Of a DNA stretch of 64,000 bases, positions 37,920 to 46,208 are shown one piece after another. The DNA is taken from IMG/VR virus record IMGVR_UViG_3300022902_000004, positions 190,268 to 254,267 of that record. The stretch is one strand, 5' to 3'. Both the position numbers and the translations under genes were made by a program. The first letter of the stretch is position 1. Each line of letters starts with the position of its first letter. The notes below the pieces were generated by a model. It was not told the origin of the DNA. It worked only from the letters and a program-made list of their open reading frames with translations, and made no database searches. Origin of the DNA: a virus.

Positions 37920-38871
37920 CTAAAATATCATATGCTGACTGAACCTGTTTGATTCCCGTCTTCAAATCGATCTTGCACTCAAATCCTAAATCGTAGATTT
38001 TCTGGCTGCTGACGATGTAATCACGTTTGTCTGGATCTTTGAAATTCTCATTCACGTAAATCTCGCACGGAATAACTTCGGCAATTTGTTTTGCCAATTC
38101 CATTTTTGTGCAATTTAGGGCATCGTTGCCGACATTGAACACTTGGTCTTTGCATTCAGCCCAGTTATCAACAACGAACCTGAACGCTGCACAAACATCT
38201 TGGATATGCACATAGTTTCGCTTGAATGAGTCCTCATAAAGAACAAGCGCTTTTTCCTTCATTGCCTTCAACGTAAAATTGTTGATAAGCAAATCTGATC
38301 GCATTCTTGGAGAGGGTCCATATACTGTTGCTAGACGAAGTGTTGTGCACCCCGGGGTTGCAATAAAGGCCTTTTCCGCGTCGACCTTCGTCGTGCCGTA
38401 TAACGTAATTGGTGTCATCGGTGACTCTTCAGTACAAACCTCGCCCGCATTGGCGTTTCCGTAACCAGAATTTGTGCATGGGTATACAACAATTTGATTA
38501 GGTTGCTTAATTGATGCAATGAATGTGTTTGCCGTTGCATTAATCTCGACGGCACCTCTTTCGTCATCGCGACATAGCGGAAAGCCGACTAATGCAGCCA
38601 ATGGAACAATGATGTCTGCATCATTAACTAGTTTCGTTAATAATTTAGTGTCGCGGACGTCACCCTTCACAAATTCGAAATTTTTATGTGTTAAGTACGG
38701 AAGAAGACTAGTTTTATCATACATTAATGAGTCGATGACCGTGACCTTATGATCATGCAGGAACCATGGAATCAACGAACTGCCAATGTATCCTGCTCCA
38801 CCTGTAATAAGTACTTTTTTCATTGTTTCCCCCAGCTGATTTCCCAGTCTTTGAAGTCTGCTGCAAGACAA
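37894..38871 (-). CDS. NAD-dependent sugar epimerase (SDR; HldD/GalE-like)
   Basis: MKKVLITGGAGYIGSSL Rossmann motif and YGTTKVDAEK (YxxxK). Confidence 0.7.
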   Translation of the reverse strand: MSCSRLQRLGNQLGETMKKVLITGGAGYIGSSLIPWFLHDHKVTVIDSLMYDKTSLLPYLTHKNFEFVKGDVRDTKLLTKLVNDADIIVPLAALVGFPLCRDDERGAVEINATANTFIASIKQPNQIVVYPCTNSGYGNANAGEVCTEESPMTPITLYGTTKVDAEKAFIATPGCTTLRLATVYGPSPRMRSDLLINNFTLKAMKEKALVLYEDSFKRNYVHIQDVCAAFRFVVDNWAECKDQVFNVGNDALNCTKMELAKQIAEVIPCEIYVNENFKDPDKRDYIVSSQKIYDLGFECKIDLKTGIKQVQSAYDILDEPWYANY

Positions 38872-39233
38872 TCGATTTTGTAGTCTTTACGTCCGCCCAC
38901 TTTTTCCTGGATTTTGTTTTTTGCTGTGTTTCTAATCCCGTTCAGGCCATGGGTCAATTCAAGGTCATTCCCTTCACCAATCCCTTTCCTGTAATTTGTT
39001 TCATTGTGCCAAATATGTAAATTCATTTGTGACAAAACTACAATAGCACGAACAACGTCGGCAGAGAACTTCAGATCCTCATTTTCAGCCAACAATTGAA
39101 TGTCGTGCAAAATGTCGCTAATCTCATCTGCATACTCTGCTTTGTGTTCGACAATGAACACCTCTTTTAGTTGTGCGATTGACAACCTGTCAACCAACTC
39201 AGAAAGTGTTGGAAGATATTTCCTATCCGTCAT
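38820..39233 (-). CDS. Hypothetical protein
   Basis: 137-aa ORF in the operon. No recognisable motif. Confidence 0.35.
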   Translation of the reverse strand: MTDRKYLPTLSELVDRLSIAQLKEVFIVEHKAEYADEISDILHDIQLLAENEDLKFSADVVRAIVVLSQMNLHIWHNETNYRKGIGEGNDLELTHGLNGIRNTAKNKIQEKVGGRKDYKIDCLAADFKDWEISWGKQ

Positions 39234-40212
39234 CTTGACCCCTTATTTTGTCTAGTAGTGTATGAACGTTTTTACGGTATTCTGCATGCGAAAATCGTGT
39301 GGAGGATTGATGTTGGACCCTCTCATTCAAATTTAACTCTCGCAGGATTGCGTTCATTGTATTATAGTAATCACTTACGACCGTTTTTTCATCTTTCCAT
39401 TCGATCCATTCATTCATAACCTGCGAATTCTTACAAATAGCTTCATCGGCGACAGGAATTGTGAGATTATATGGTGTCCCGATCACACAGGAACCCAGGT
39501 TTTGGGCTTCCATCTGGGCAAGACTGCAATAGTCCTCGATACAGAACCATGCCGTTACTTTTGCGTTTGAACAGGCCCGGAGATAATCTTCATTTTCGTA
39601 CGACCCATAATTGATAATTTTGTATGTGAGACCGTCATGCTCAAGTTTTTCGCAGAACATCGTCGCCATTTTGAATGATTTACCATCATTGACCCTGTCT
39701 TTCACATAAACCAAAACGTCGATATCACGGGACTTGTTTACAGGCTGAATCATCGGAAGTTCATAGCAATATTCCAGGGTTTCGCAGCGTTTGATACCCT
39801 TGGCGAATTGCTTCACGTGGTTTGTGTAGTAATCGGCAACATTGAGATTCACATCGGCACCGGATTCTTCCAGGTACCATCGTTCCCAGTCATCAGTGAT
39901 GCCCTTGTCAGCACGTTCCATCACAACATTAGGACCGCCGATGAAAGGAATTCCAGCTTCTTTAGCTCGTGCCAAGATGATTGGCTGGAATCTCACGTAG
40001 GCCCATACAAAATCAAATTTTGAGAAACCGTTTGGGTCGTCCCAAATATCCTGTGTCAAATCAACCAGCTCGAAATCCGGATGATTCAGAGCCTGAGCAT
40101 GATGTGAATACCCGACGCCTGGTCCAAAGGTGGTTGGTTTTGAAACGGCCAAGATCCTAATCTTCTTTTTCACATCTCCTCCTTGTTGGTGGATGTGTTT
40201 CTGCGGTAGCAA
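39223..40212 (-). CDS. Glycosyltransferase-like protein (GT-B fold)
   Basis: C-terminal EDYCSLAQMEAQNLGSCVIGT resembles the GT4 E-x7-E motif. Confidence 0.45.
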   Translation of the reverse strand: MLPQKHIHQQGGDVKKKIRILAVSKPTTFGPGVGYSHHAQALNHPDFELVDLTQDIWDDPNGFSKFDFVWAYVRFQPIILARAKEAGIPFIGGPNVVMERADKGITDDWERWYLEESGADVNLNVADYYTNHVKQFAKGIKRCETLEYCYELPMIQPVNKSRDIDVLVYVKDRVNDGKSFKMATMFCEKLEHDGLTYKIINYGSYENEDYLRACSNAKVTAWFCIEDYCSLAQMEAQNLGSCVIGTPYNLTIPVADEAICKNSQVMNEWIEWKDEKTVVSDYYNTMNAILRELNLNERVQHQSSTRFSHAEYRKNVHTLLDKIRGQDDG

Positions 40213-40913
40213 TATAGTTTTTCATTCAGGATGACTGTTCGGCCCACAAGTGCCGTGGCCCTGAAATTGAAATCTGAGTCTTCGCTTAGGAGCACTCGTG
40301 TTTTTGTTCCTGGCGGATTGAACCTGATGCCTACATCCCAAAGTCCACGAACAAACATTGCCGATGCACCTGCTGTTTCGTATGGGCCGGTGTAGAAATG
40401 GTTGATGCCTGGTGTGCTGAGGCCTGTGAGCACGTGCTGGCGGACTTCATCAGCTTCAATTATGTTCAGAACCGGATCCTGGTTTATTTTCTTTGACCAG
40501 CACCTATCTATGTCTTCCTGACTCCAACAATGATAAAAGCCTGTCAGGACATGCTGTGTATTTGGGACAGTCATAAACACACGGACTTGCCTTTCAATCC
40601 TGTCTGCCAGACATATGTCGTCGGCGTCTAGTGTTGTGATAAGCGTGCAACCTGTTTTTTCGATTGCATAATTTAGTGCATACCATTTTCCGCGATTTTC
40701 TGGGAGTTCATGATAAACAATCCTGTCATCCAAATGCATAAACGCTTCGACCATTTTGCGGACAATAGGTTGATCGTCAGATCCATCGTCGACAACGACA
40801 ATTTCAAGATCTTTGTGTGTTTGATCTCGGGCTGACTGGATGCTTTCATCGAGGTACTGTGAGTGATTATAGTTTGCAATGATAATACAGACTTTCATCG
40901 TACGCCTTCCCAT
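40170..40913 (-). CDS. Family-2 glycosyltransferase (GT-A)
   Basis: MKVCIIIANYNHSQYLDESIQSARDQTHKDLEIVVVDDGSDD is the canonical GT2 N-terminus with DxD. Confidence 0.7.
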   Translation of the reverse strand: MGRRTMKVCIIIANYNHSQYLDESIQSARDQTHKDLEIVVVDDGSDDQPIVRKMVEAFMHLDDRIVYHELPENRGKWYALNYAIEKTGCTLITTLDADDICLADRIERQVRVFMTVPNTQHVLTGFYHCWSQEDIDRCWSKKINQDPVLNIIEADEVRQHVLTGLSTPGINHFYTGPYETAGASAMFVRGLWDVGIRFNPPGTKTRVLLSEDSDFNFRATALVGRTVILNEKLYCYRRNTSTNKEEM

Positions 40914-41131
40914 GCTGATGTGTCAATTCTTTCGCCCTCTCTAAGGATCCTGATGTTATGTTTTTTCTCTAAATCTCTCAGTCGTGCATCTTCTTTTCGG
41001 GTTTTTGTGGCTTCTCGTTCATACTTTATATTATAACAAAAACGTTCTAGCTTGCGGAAATCATTTGGGTTCATAGTCGAGATCCATTTTTGTTCTAATA
41101 GGTTGAACTCTTTTTGTTGTGCTTCATCCAT
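40895..41131 (-). CDS. Small hypothetical protein
   Basis: 78-aa ORF bridging two glycosyltransferase genes. Confidence 0.3.
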   Translation of the reverse strand: MDEAQQKEFNLLEQKWISTMNPNDFRKLERFCYNIKYEREATKTRKEDARLRDLEKKHNIRILREGERIDTSAWEGVR

Positions 41132-43076
41132 TATTATTTTCCATTATCTTTGGATGTCCGCACTCAACCGTTATTGACGGCGTCGGCTTTGAGAAGTCTA
41201 CCGGATTATGGAAAACCCATCCTCCCATTTTCTCCTCGAGTTCTTTGGCCAACGAGGTAATCTCTTCGTCAGAAACTTCAGCCCATGGCTTCTGGAAGAA
41301 CATATTGTTCTCCGCCGTGTCTTCCTGTTTGACATTATACAATGATTGCCAATGTGAGCTCCAATAATCACGGTACGTTCGAATTTTCCTTTCCAGGTTT
41401 CGCCATGAGTAATGGTGGACACCAGGCAGCAATTCTGTGCAACGATTGAACCATTCAGCATACGCCGCCAATGCATCAACATTTCCTTGTAAGGCTGCGA
41501 CTCTGGCATTGTGAGCACCTTCATTGTAGAAGCTGGCATGTGGAATCAGTTCGAGCGTGTCTTTATGAATGAAATCGCAACCGTCACTGCCTGGGAGTGA
41601 GTACAAATCTCCTGCTTCATCGGTTTGTCTTAGGTTGCCAGGAATACCGTGTGTGATGTGTGGTAGGTTCCTTGACAAGCGCCATTTCCACGGGTTGACA
41701 TCAATGCGGACCTTTCCTCCACTACCCCAATATTCTGTGACCGGTAATGAAACCAAATCCGTGTAGTTGGGGAAATTTAGAACTGTTTTTCTGATTTTGT
41801 CGTAATCGTTTTCATGGACGATCTCGTCGGCATCTTGTTGCCAACAGAAATCACCTGTGCAGAGACTTCGAGCCCTTGCCTTTTGTTCGCCGTCGAAGAC
41901 TGCAAATCGTGGATGATCCCAATCTAACTTTTTCTGCTTGACAGTAAGTCCGTTGGTGTGCCTTGCCCATGTGGAAAGCTCATGCCACGTATCGTCTGTT
42001 GAGCCGCCGTCTACAACAATTACTTCGTCACAGAAATTGAGCATTGACAGAATAGCCTCACGGAATGGGTAACCCTGACGGAAACAGTCTTTCGTTGTCA
42101 TGTAGCCTGAAATTGTTGGCTTGTAGTTCATTTCGTCTTGGATCTGCTTCCAAAACAAATCGCGGGAGGCGTATAGATATTCTTCGATCTCCAGTATATT
42201 ATCTGTTGCGAACCATTCCTCGTCTCGGTGCTGAACATATTCGTTGAGTACCAACTCGCAGCCCAACAATTTTGCTTCGATGACCATTCTCGGGCATGTA
42301 TCTTTTCCTCGTGGTAGATATACGAACCCCTTTGCCTCTGAAAGTTTGAGGAGTGTTTCGTGGTGAGACAGACCCCAAACTACTTCGTATTCATGCCCTT
42401 GATCGATACACCACTGCTTTGCCTGATCGGCACCCTTCACCCATGAGCCTGAGCCTAACACGATCCATTTTGTTCTGTTTTTGTTCTTGGAACCGTGCCT
42501 GATGAGTTTGAAGTTGACGAACGTTTCATCATCGAAAACTGAGCTCAGCACGCAGTTCTTTTTCTGCGCCAAAAATGGAAACTTACTAAAATAGTGGTTC
42601 TGCTGAGCTTCGCTCATCCACCAAAGTGACTTGGCACCAAAGTAGAATGCTGAAATCATCTTTCCAACTTCAGCTTCATGACAGTTACATTCTTCCTGTT
42701 CAGCAAAAAGATGTTTTTCTGGTGATCTGTATCTGCAATATTTGTAGTCGTATTCTAGGACACTGTATTTCAGGTTTGCGACGATGGTAGGAACCAACCT
42801 GACATCTAGCGCAGCAAAGTTTCCAAAAATCCAGTATTTTGAGGCACCGTCTTTCAGAAGATCAATGTCAACATCTCTCGACAATATTTTCTGAGTCTTC
42901 ATTGGAGCGTTTTTGATTAGAGCCTCAGTTGTCAGCTCAGCTCCGCCTGAGTATGTTTCAACGAACATATCCGCTACAAAGATTACCTCAGTTTCATCAT
43001 TGATTGAGACTGCTTTTTTGTTGTTGCCAAAAGGACTGATCAACTGCATATTAGTTTCCCTAAAGTTAGTATACAC
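41124..43076 (-). CDS. Two-domain glycosyltransferase (N-terminal GT-B-like + C-terminal GT2)
   Basis: 650 aa. The C-terminal half has a GT2 signature (EVIVVDGGSTDDTWHEL…DxD). The N-terminal ~330 aa has a Rossmann-like GT-B character. Confidence 0.6.
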   Translation of the reverse strand: MYTNFRETNMQLISPFGNNKKAVSINDETEVIFVADMFVETYSGGAELTTEALIKNAPMKTQKILSRDVDIDLLKDGASKYWIFGNFAALDVRLVPTIVANLKYSVLEYDYKYCRYRSPEKHLFAEQEECNCHEAEVGKMISAFYFGAKSLWWMSEAQQNHYFSKFPFLAQKKNCVLSSVFDDETFVNFKLIRHGSKNKNRTKWIVLGSGSWVKGADQAKQWCIDQGHEYEVVWGLSHHETLLKLSEAKGFVYLPRGKDTCPRMVIEAKLLGCELVLNEYVQHRDEEWFATDNILEIEEYLYASRDLFWKQIQDEMNYKPTISGYMTTKDCFRQGYPFREAILSMLNFCDEVIVVDGGSTDDTWHELSTWARHTNGLTVKQKKLDWDHPRFAVFDGEQKARARSLCTGDFCWQQDADEIVHENDYDKIRKTVLNFPNYTDLVSLPVTEYWGSGGKVRIDVNPWKWRLSRNLPHITHGIPGNLRQTDEAGDLYSLPGSDGCDFIHKDTLELIPHASFYNEGAHNARVAALQGNVDALAAYAEWFNRCTELLPGVHHYSWRNLERKIRTYRDYWSSHWQSLYNVKQEDTAENNMFFQKPWAEVSDEEITSLAKELEEKMGGWVFHNPVDFSKPTPSITVECGHPKIMENNNG

Positions 43077-43157
43077 TGATCACGATGTTTTTTCAATCAG
43101 TGTCTATAACATATTGGTAGTTGCTAATCTGTTAAAAGATACTTCTCAGCTCTTAAA

Positions 43158-43193
43158 GCAACATATATCTGAGTTCACGAAGATATATGTTGC
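43158..43193. promoter_or_regulatory. Perfect 13-bp inverted repeat (GCAACATATATCT-N10-AGATATATGTTGC) in a 235-bp intergenic gap
   Basis: Read directly from the sequence. It lies between the fibre-gene stop (43312) and the start (43076) of the first gene of the glycan island. A short direct repeat CTTGGTA(ATC/GTC) follows at 43201-43221. Confidence 0.5.
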
Positions 43194-43311
43194 TGAAACC
43201 TTGGTAATCTTGGTAGTCAGTTTTTTAGTAGTATTAGAATTTTGCGTGGGTTTCTTTGTTTTTCCATAAACATTTTATAGCTCATTTTGAGCAGATGTAC
43301 AAAACTATTTT

Positions 43312-45513
43312 CTAGAGCGAGGTCGCGAACATACTCAGCCTTTTGAATGTTATTGCTGTGTTGTTACTTTCAACCCATAATTCTAGGAATCCACCGCCCT
43401 CTGGAACGTCGATAATTCCGGCTGCCGAGACACTCATGGCACTTCCAACCTGGTTTAGCACCGTCTGTGCAGCAATATGATTTTGAATTTCGGCGCCGAA
43501 TCTACATTCAAGATTTACTACAGATTCCGCTGTCCCTGAAAATGATGCGTTAAAACTTACATTCCATGGGCCAGGCTGTGTTATCGCAATATTATTTGAA
43601 ACAATGTCAGGCGAAGCACCAAAAGCCGAACCTGACATTTCAGATGCATTCAGAGCACCCCAATCAACGATTTCAGGAGTGTTCGCAACTAAAGTTTGTT
43701 CAGAACCCGTAGTGTACGCATACATGCCGCCATATGCGCTGCCGCCAGTTCGTGATCCTGATATATGGACATCACCTGTAAATTCAGTAACCCCGCGAGT
43801 TGACGAGTTTTTTGATCCCTGTGTACCCTGCAAAACAATTGCGACGTCATCACCATACTCACCTAATTGTGAGCTGTGCATAGCAATCACGTCAGATCTC
43901 AAATTAAGCAAACGAGTTCCAGGACCAAACGGATTCTCGCCGCCATAAATTGCGCCTGATACAACTACATGACCACCGAATGTTGTTATGTGTGGTGTGT
44001 CGCCGTCTATTTGATCTTCTGTACTGCCTGACACCCAAAAATTTGTGTCTAAGCCGGCTCCTAATTGTGCAGCTTCAACTCCAGAACCCCCTGAAATTGC
44101 AACAGTTCCTGTCGTGTACGTCGCAACAAACCCGGCCGTATCCTCAAACCAATATGAACTTCCGCCTCCGCCGGCGGCATCAAACGTAACATCGCCGTTG
44201 GTTCCGGTTGTAAGTGTCATGTTTGTACCGGCTACCATATATGATGAACCGTTAGTCAACTTTGTGATAGAGCCCGTGATGCCATTCAGGGCATGCATGT
44301 TTCCGGAGACGACAAGATCGCCGCCAAAGACAGATGTCGTCGCTGTACCACCATCTTTTGCTCCAATACTGCCAGACACAAAATAAAACGAATCAGCACC
44401 CGGCATCGGCGGAATTTCCCAATTATATTCTAAACTGAGGTTTCCAAACCTGACGTCTGATGCAGTTACTGCAATAACCGATGCCCCATTTAGAATTCCA
44501 AGTTCAATATATGATCCAACTACTTCAATATGTCCGGCGGCCGATTGCGTCACATACGTTCCACCGCCCGTTCCGCCGACCTCGAACCTGCTTGCCCTAA
44601 TCGGAACGACAGTCATCGCCGACACATCACCTCCTGCAATCCCGCCGGCTTCGACGTCTAATTTTCCGGCACCCCATGTGTCGTTTCCGACTCGACCGAA
44701 AACTAAAGCCTGATCTGTGGTGTTCGATCCTGACGCGATCGCGAGGCCGCCGTTTTGATTAGACGACGTATTACCAGATGCGATGTAAACGAGTGGATCT
44801 TTCACGACAAGATTGTCTGAGTTTACCGTCGTCGTTGTTCCGTTGACAGTAAGATCTCCGGTGACTGTTAAGTTGTCGCCGATGGTAGTTTCAGATGTAG
44901 CATGCCCAAGTGTAACAGGAACGTTAGCAACATTTCCAACGACGATTCCGACAGTTGTATCATTTGTCGTGACAACAACACTACCCGCCGAATCGCCTCC
45001 ATCTGCAGTAATTGCAATCGTTGCGCCACCAATGATCATCGAAGAATCAGAATCCAGCGTCAGTGTTCCTGTCGCAGGTGAGACTGTTGGTGTCAAAACG
45101 CTTCCGCCGACCGTTAAATCCCAGCCTCCTTTTGCGTATGACATACCGGTATCACCACCAAATGTCCCGCCGTCGTTAAACTGAACCTGTGTCGTGGACC
45201 CGCCTGGCTGTACATTAGCGCTAGCCGTTATAACACCATCAGGTGTCACGATATTACCGGAGACAAATATATCGCCGCCAAACATTGTGATGCCGGGTGT
45301 TTGTGTTCCTTGAGAGCCACTTGTTCCGGAGACAAATACGAATACGTCCTGCCCAACATTTGCCATCAATACAGCATTTGTCATTCCGGATCCGTCGAAA
45401 TCGACGCCGGGTGATGATGCGCTAGCAACAATTAAGCTCGGTTTATTGAGCGTTGAGCCAGATGCGATAATTTGTGCGGTTCTTATTTGGCTAGCTCTAA
45501 AATCTTTTGACAT
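43312..45513 (-). CDS. Gly/Thr/Ser-rich fibre-like structural protein
   Basis: 733 aa, dominated by G/T/S/V repeats (…GGTGGGTYVTQSAAG…, …TGTNGDVTFDAAGGGG…), typical of beta-helical fibres. Confidence 0.5.
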   Translation of the reverse strand: MSKDFRASQIRTAQIIASGSTLNKPSLIVASASSPGVDFDGSGMTNAVLMANVGQDVFVFVSGTSGSQGTQTPGITMFGGDIFVSGNIVTPDGVITASANVQPGGSTTQVQFNDGGTFGGDTGMSYAKGGWDLTVGGSVLTPTVSPATGTLTLDSDSSMIIGGATIAITADGGDSAGSVVVTTNDTTVGIVVGNVANVPVTLGHATSETTIGDNLTVTGDLTVNGTTTTVNSDNLVVKDPLVYIASGNTSSNQNGGLAIASGSNTTDQALVFGRVGNDTWGAGKLDVEAGGIAGGDVSAMTVVPIRASRFEVGGTGGGTYVTQSAAGHIEVVGSYIELGILNGASVIAVTASDVRFGNLSLEYNWEIPPMPGADSFYFVSGSIGAKDGGTATTSVFGGDLVVSGNMHALNGITGSITKLTNGSSYMVAGTNMTLTTGTNGDVTFDAAGGGGSSYWFEDTAGFVATYTTGTVAISGGSGVEAAQLGAGLDTNFWVSGSTEDQIDGDTPHITTFGGHVVVSGAIYGGENPFGPGTRLLNLRSDVIAMHSSQLGEYGDDVAIVLQGTQGSKNSSTRGVTEFTGDVHISGSRTGGSAYGGMYAYTTGSEQTLVANTPEIVDWGALNASEMSGSAFGASPDIVSNNIAITQPGPWNVSFNASFSGTAESVVNLECRFGAEIQNHIAAQTVLNQVGSAMSVSAAGIIDVPEGGGFLELWVESNNTAITFKRLSMFATSL

Positions 45514-45514
45514 T

Positions 45515-45826
45515 TTATCCTCCGGGAACGGTGCTATTCATGATCGATATAAAACTTGATTTCGCTGTTCCTATCGGGCGCGTTCCTAAGCTTTGTGTAA
45601 TAGATAATTCTGTTTCAGTGCTTACGTATGCCGTATTGTAGGCATGTACGTTGCCGTACGGCGATTCAGTGTCTTCATTCCCAAAGTTCGATGAAAATGT
45701 ATATCGCTGATCTGGATGAGACTCAAGTGAAACATCTGTCGGCGAAACAGAGCCGGTAGAAATTAATTCTTCGTCTGTTTCATTTGCGGCGTTGCCGGCG
45801 AGTATTGTGAAGTTATTTAGCCTCAT
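45515..45826 (-). CDS. Hypothetical protein
   Basis: 103-aa ORF with a 4-nt overlap to the next gene. Confidence 0.35.
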   Translation of the reverse strand: MRLNNFTILAGNAANETDEELISTGSVSPTDVSLESHPDQRYTFSSNFGNEDTESPYGNVHAYNTAYVSTETELSITQSLGTRPIGTAKSSFISIMNSTVPGG

Positions 45827-46167
45827 CCTGTTTTCACCGCAAAAACATCGACAATTCCTGTGAACTTCGCAGAGGCTCGTACAAGAACAGCGCGATCTGA
45901 GCTCCCGGCAGAATCAATGTATATGTTTACGTTAACTCCTGACGCTTCGCCAGTGTCACGTGCTGCAATGACAACTTGGTACGAATCGTCCAAGAAAGGC
46001 ACCTCGAACGCTAGCGTGCCAGAATCAGCATCGGCGAATGTTATTGAACCAACTTCAATCGAGACGCTTTCGGTTCCTAGGTAAGACAAACGTTTCGGTG
46101 CCCTAATCAAAGGATACCGTTTCGCATATCTATTCCTATCAATCAATCGAGCTCTAAGACTTCCCAT
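45823..46167 (-). CDS. Hypothetical protein
   Basis: 114-aa ORF. Confidence 0.35.
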   Translation of the reverse strand: MGSLRARLIDRNRYAKRYPLIRAPKRLSYLGTESVSIEVGSITFADADSGTLAFEVPFLDDSYQVVIAARDTGEASGVNVNIYIDSAGSSDRAVLVRASAKFTGIVDVFAVKTG

Positions 46168-46208
46168 GAAACTGCACCTCTGGGACTAAATATCCGCCCA
46201 GAGAAATT

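Noticed and set aside
16573-43076. Interpreting the sugar island as a host-derived O-antigen/capsule locus on a bacterial chromosome
   Set aside because: There are no Wzx/Wzy/Wzz, ABC exporter or polyprenyl-phosphate initiating transferase genes. All genes are co-oriented with phage structural genes, with 4-nt overlaps. The island is flanked by baseplate and fibre genes on both sides.
43158-43193. Rho-independent terminator interpretation of the 13-bp palindrome
   Set aside because: There is no U-tract after the stem on either strand (the minus strand continues TTTAAGAGC, the plus strand TGAAACC).
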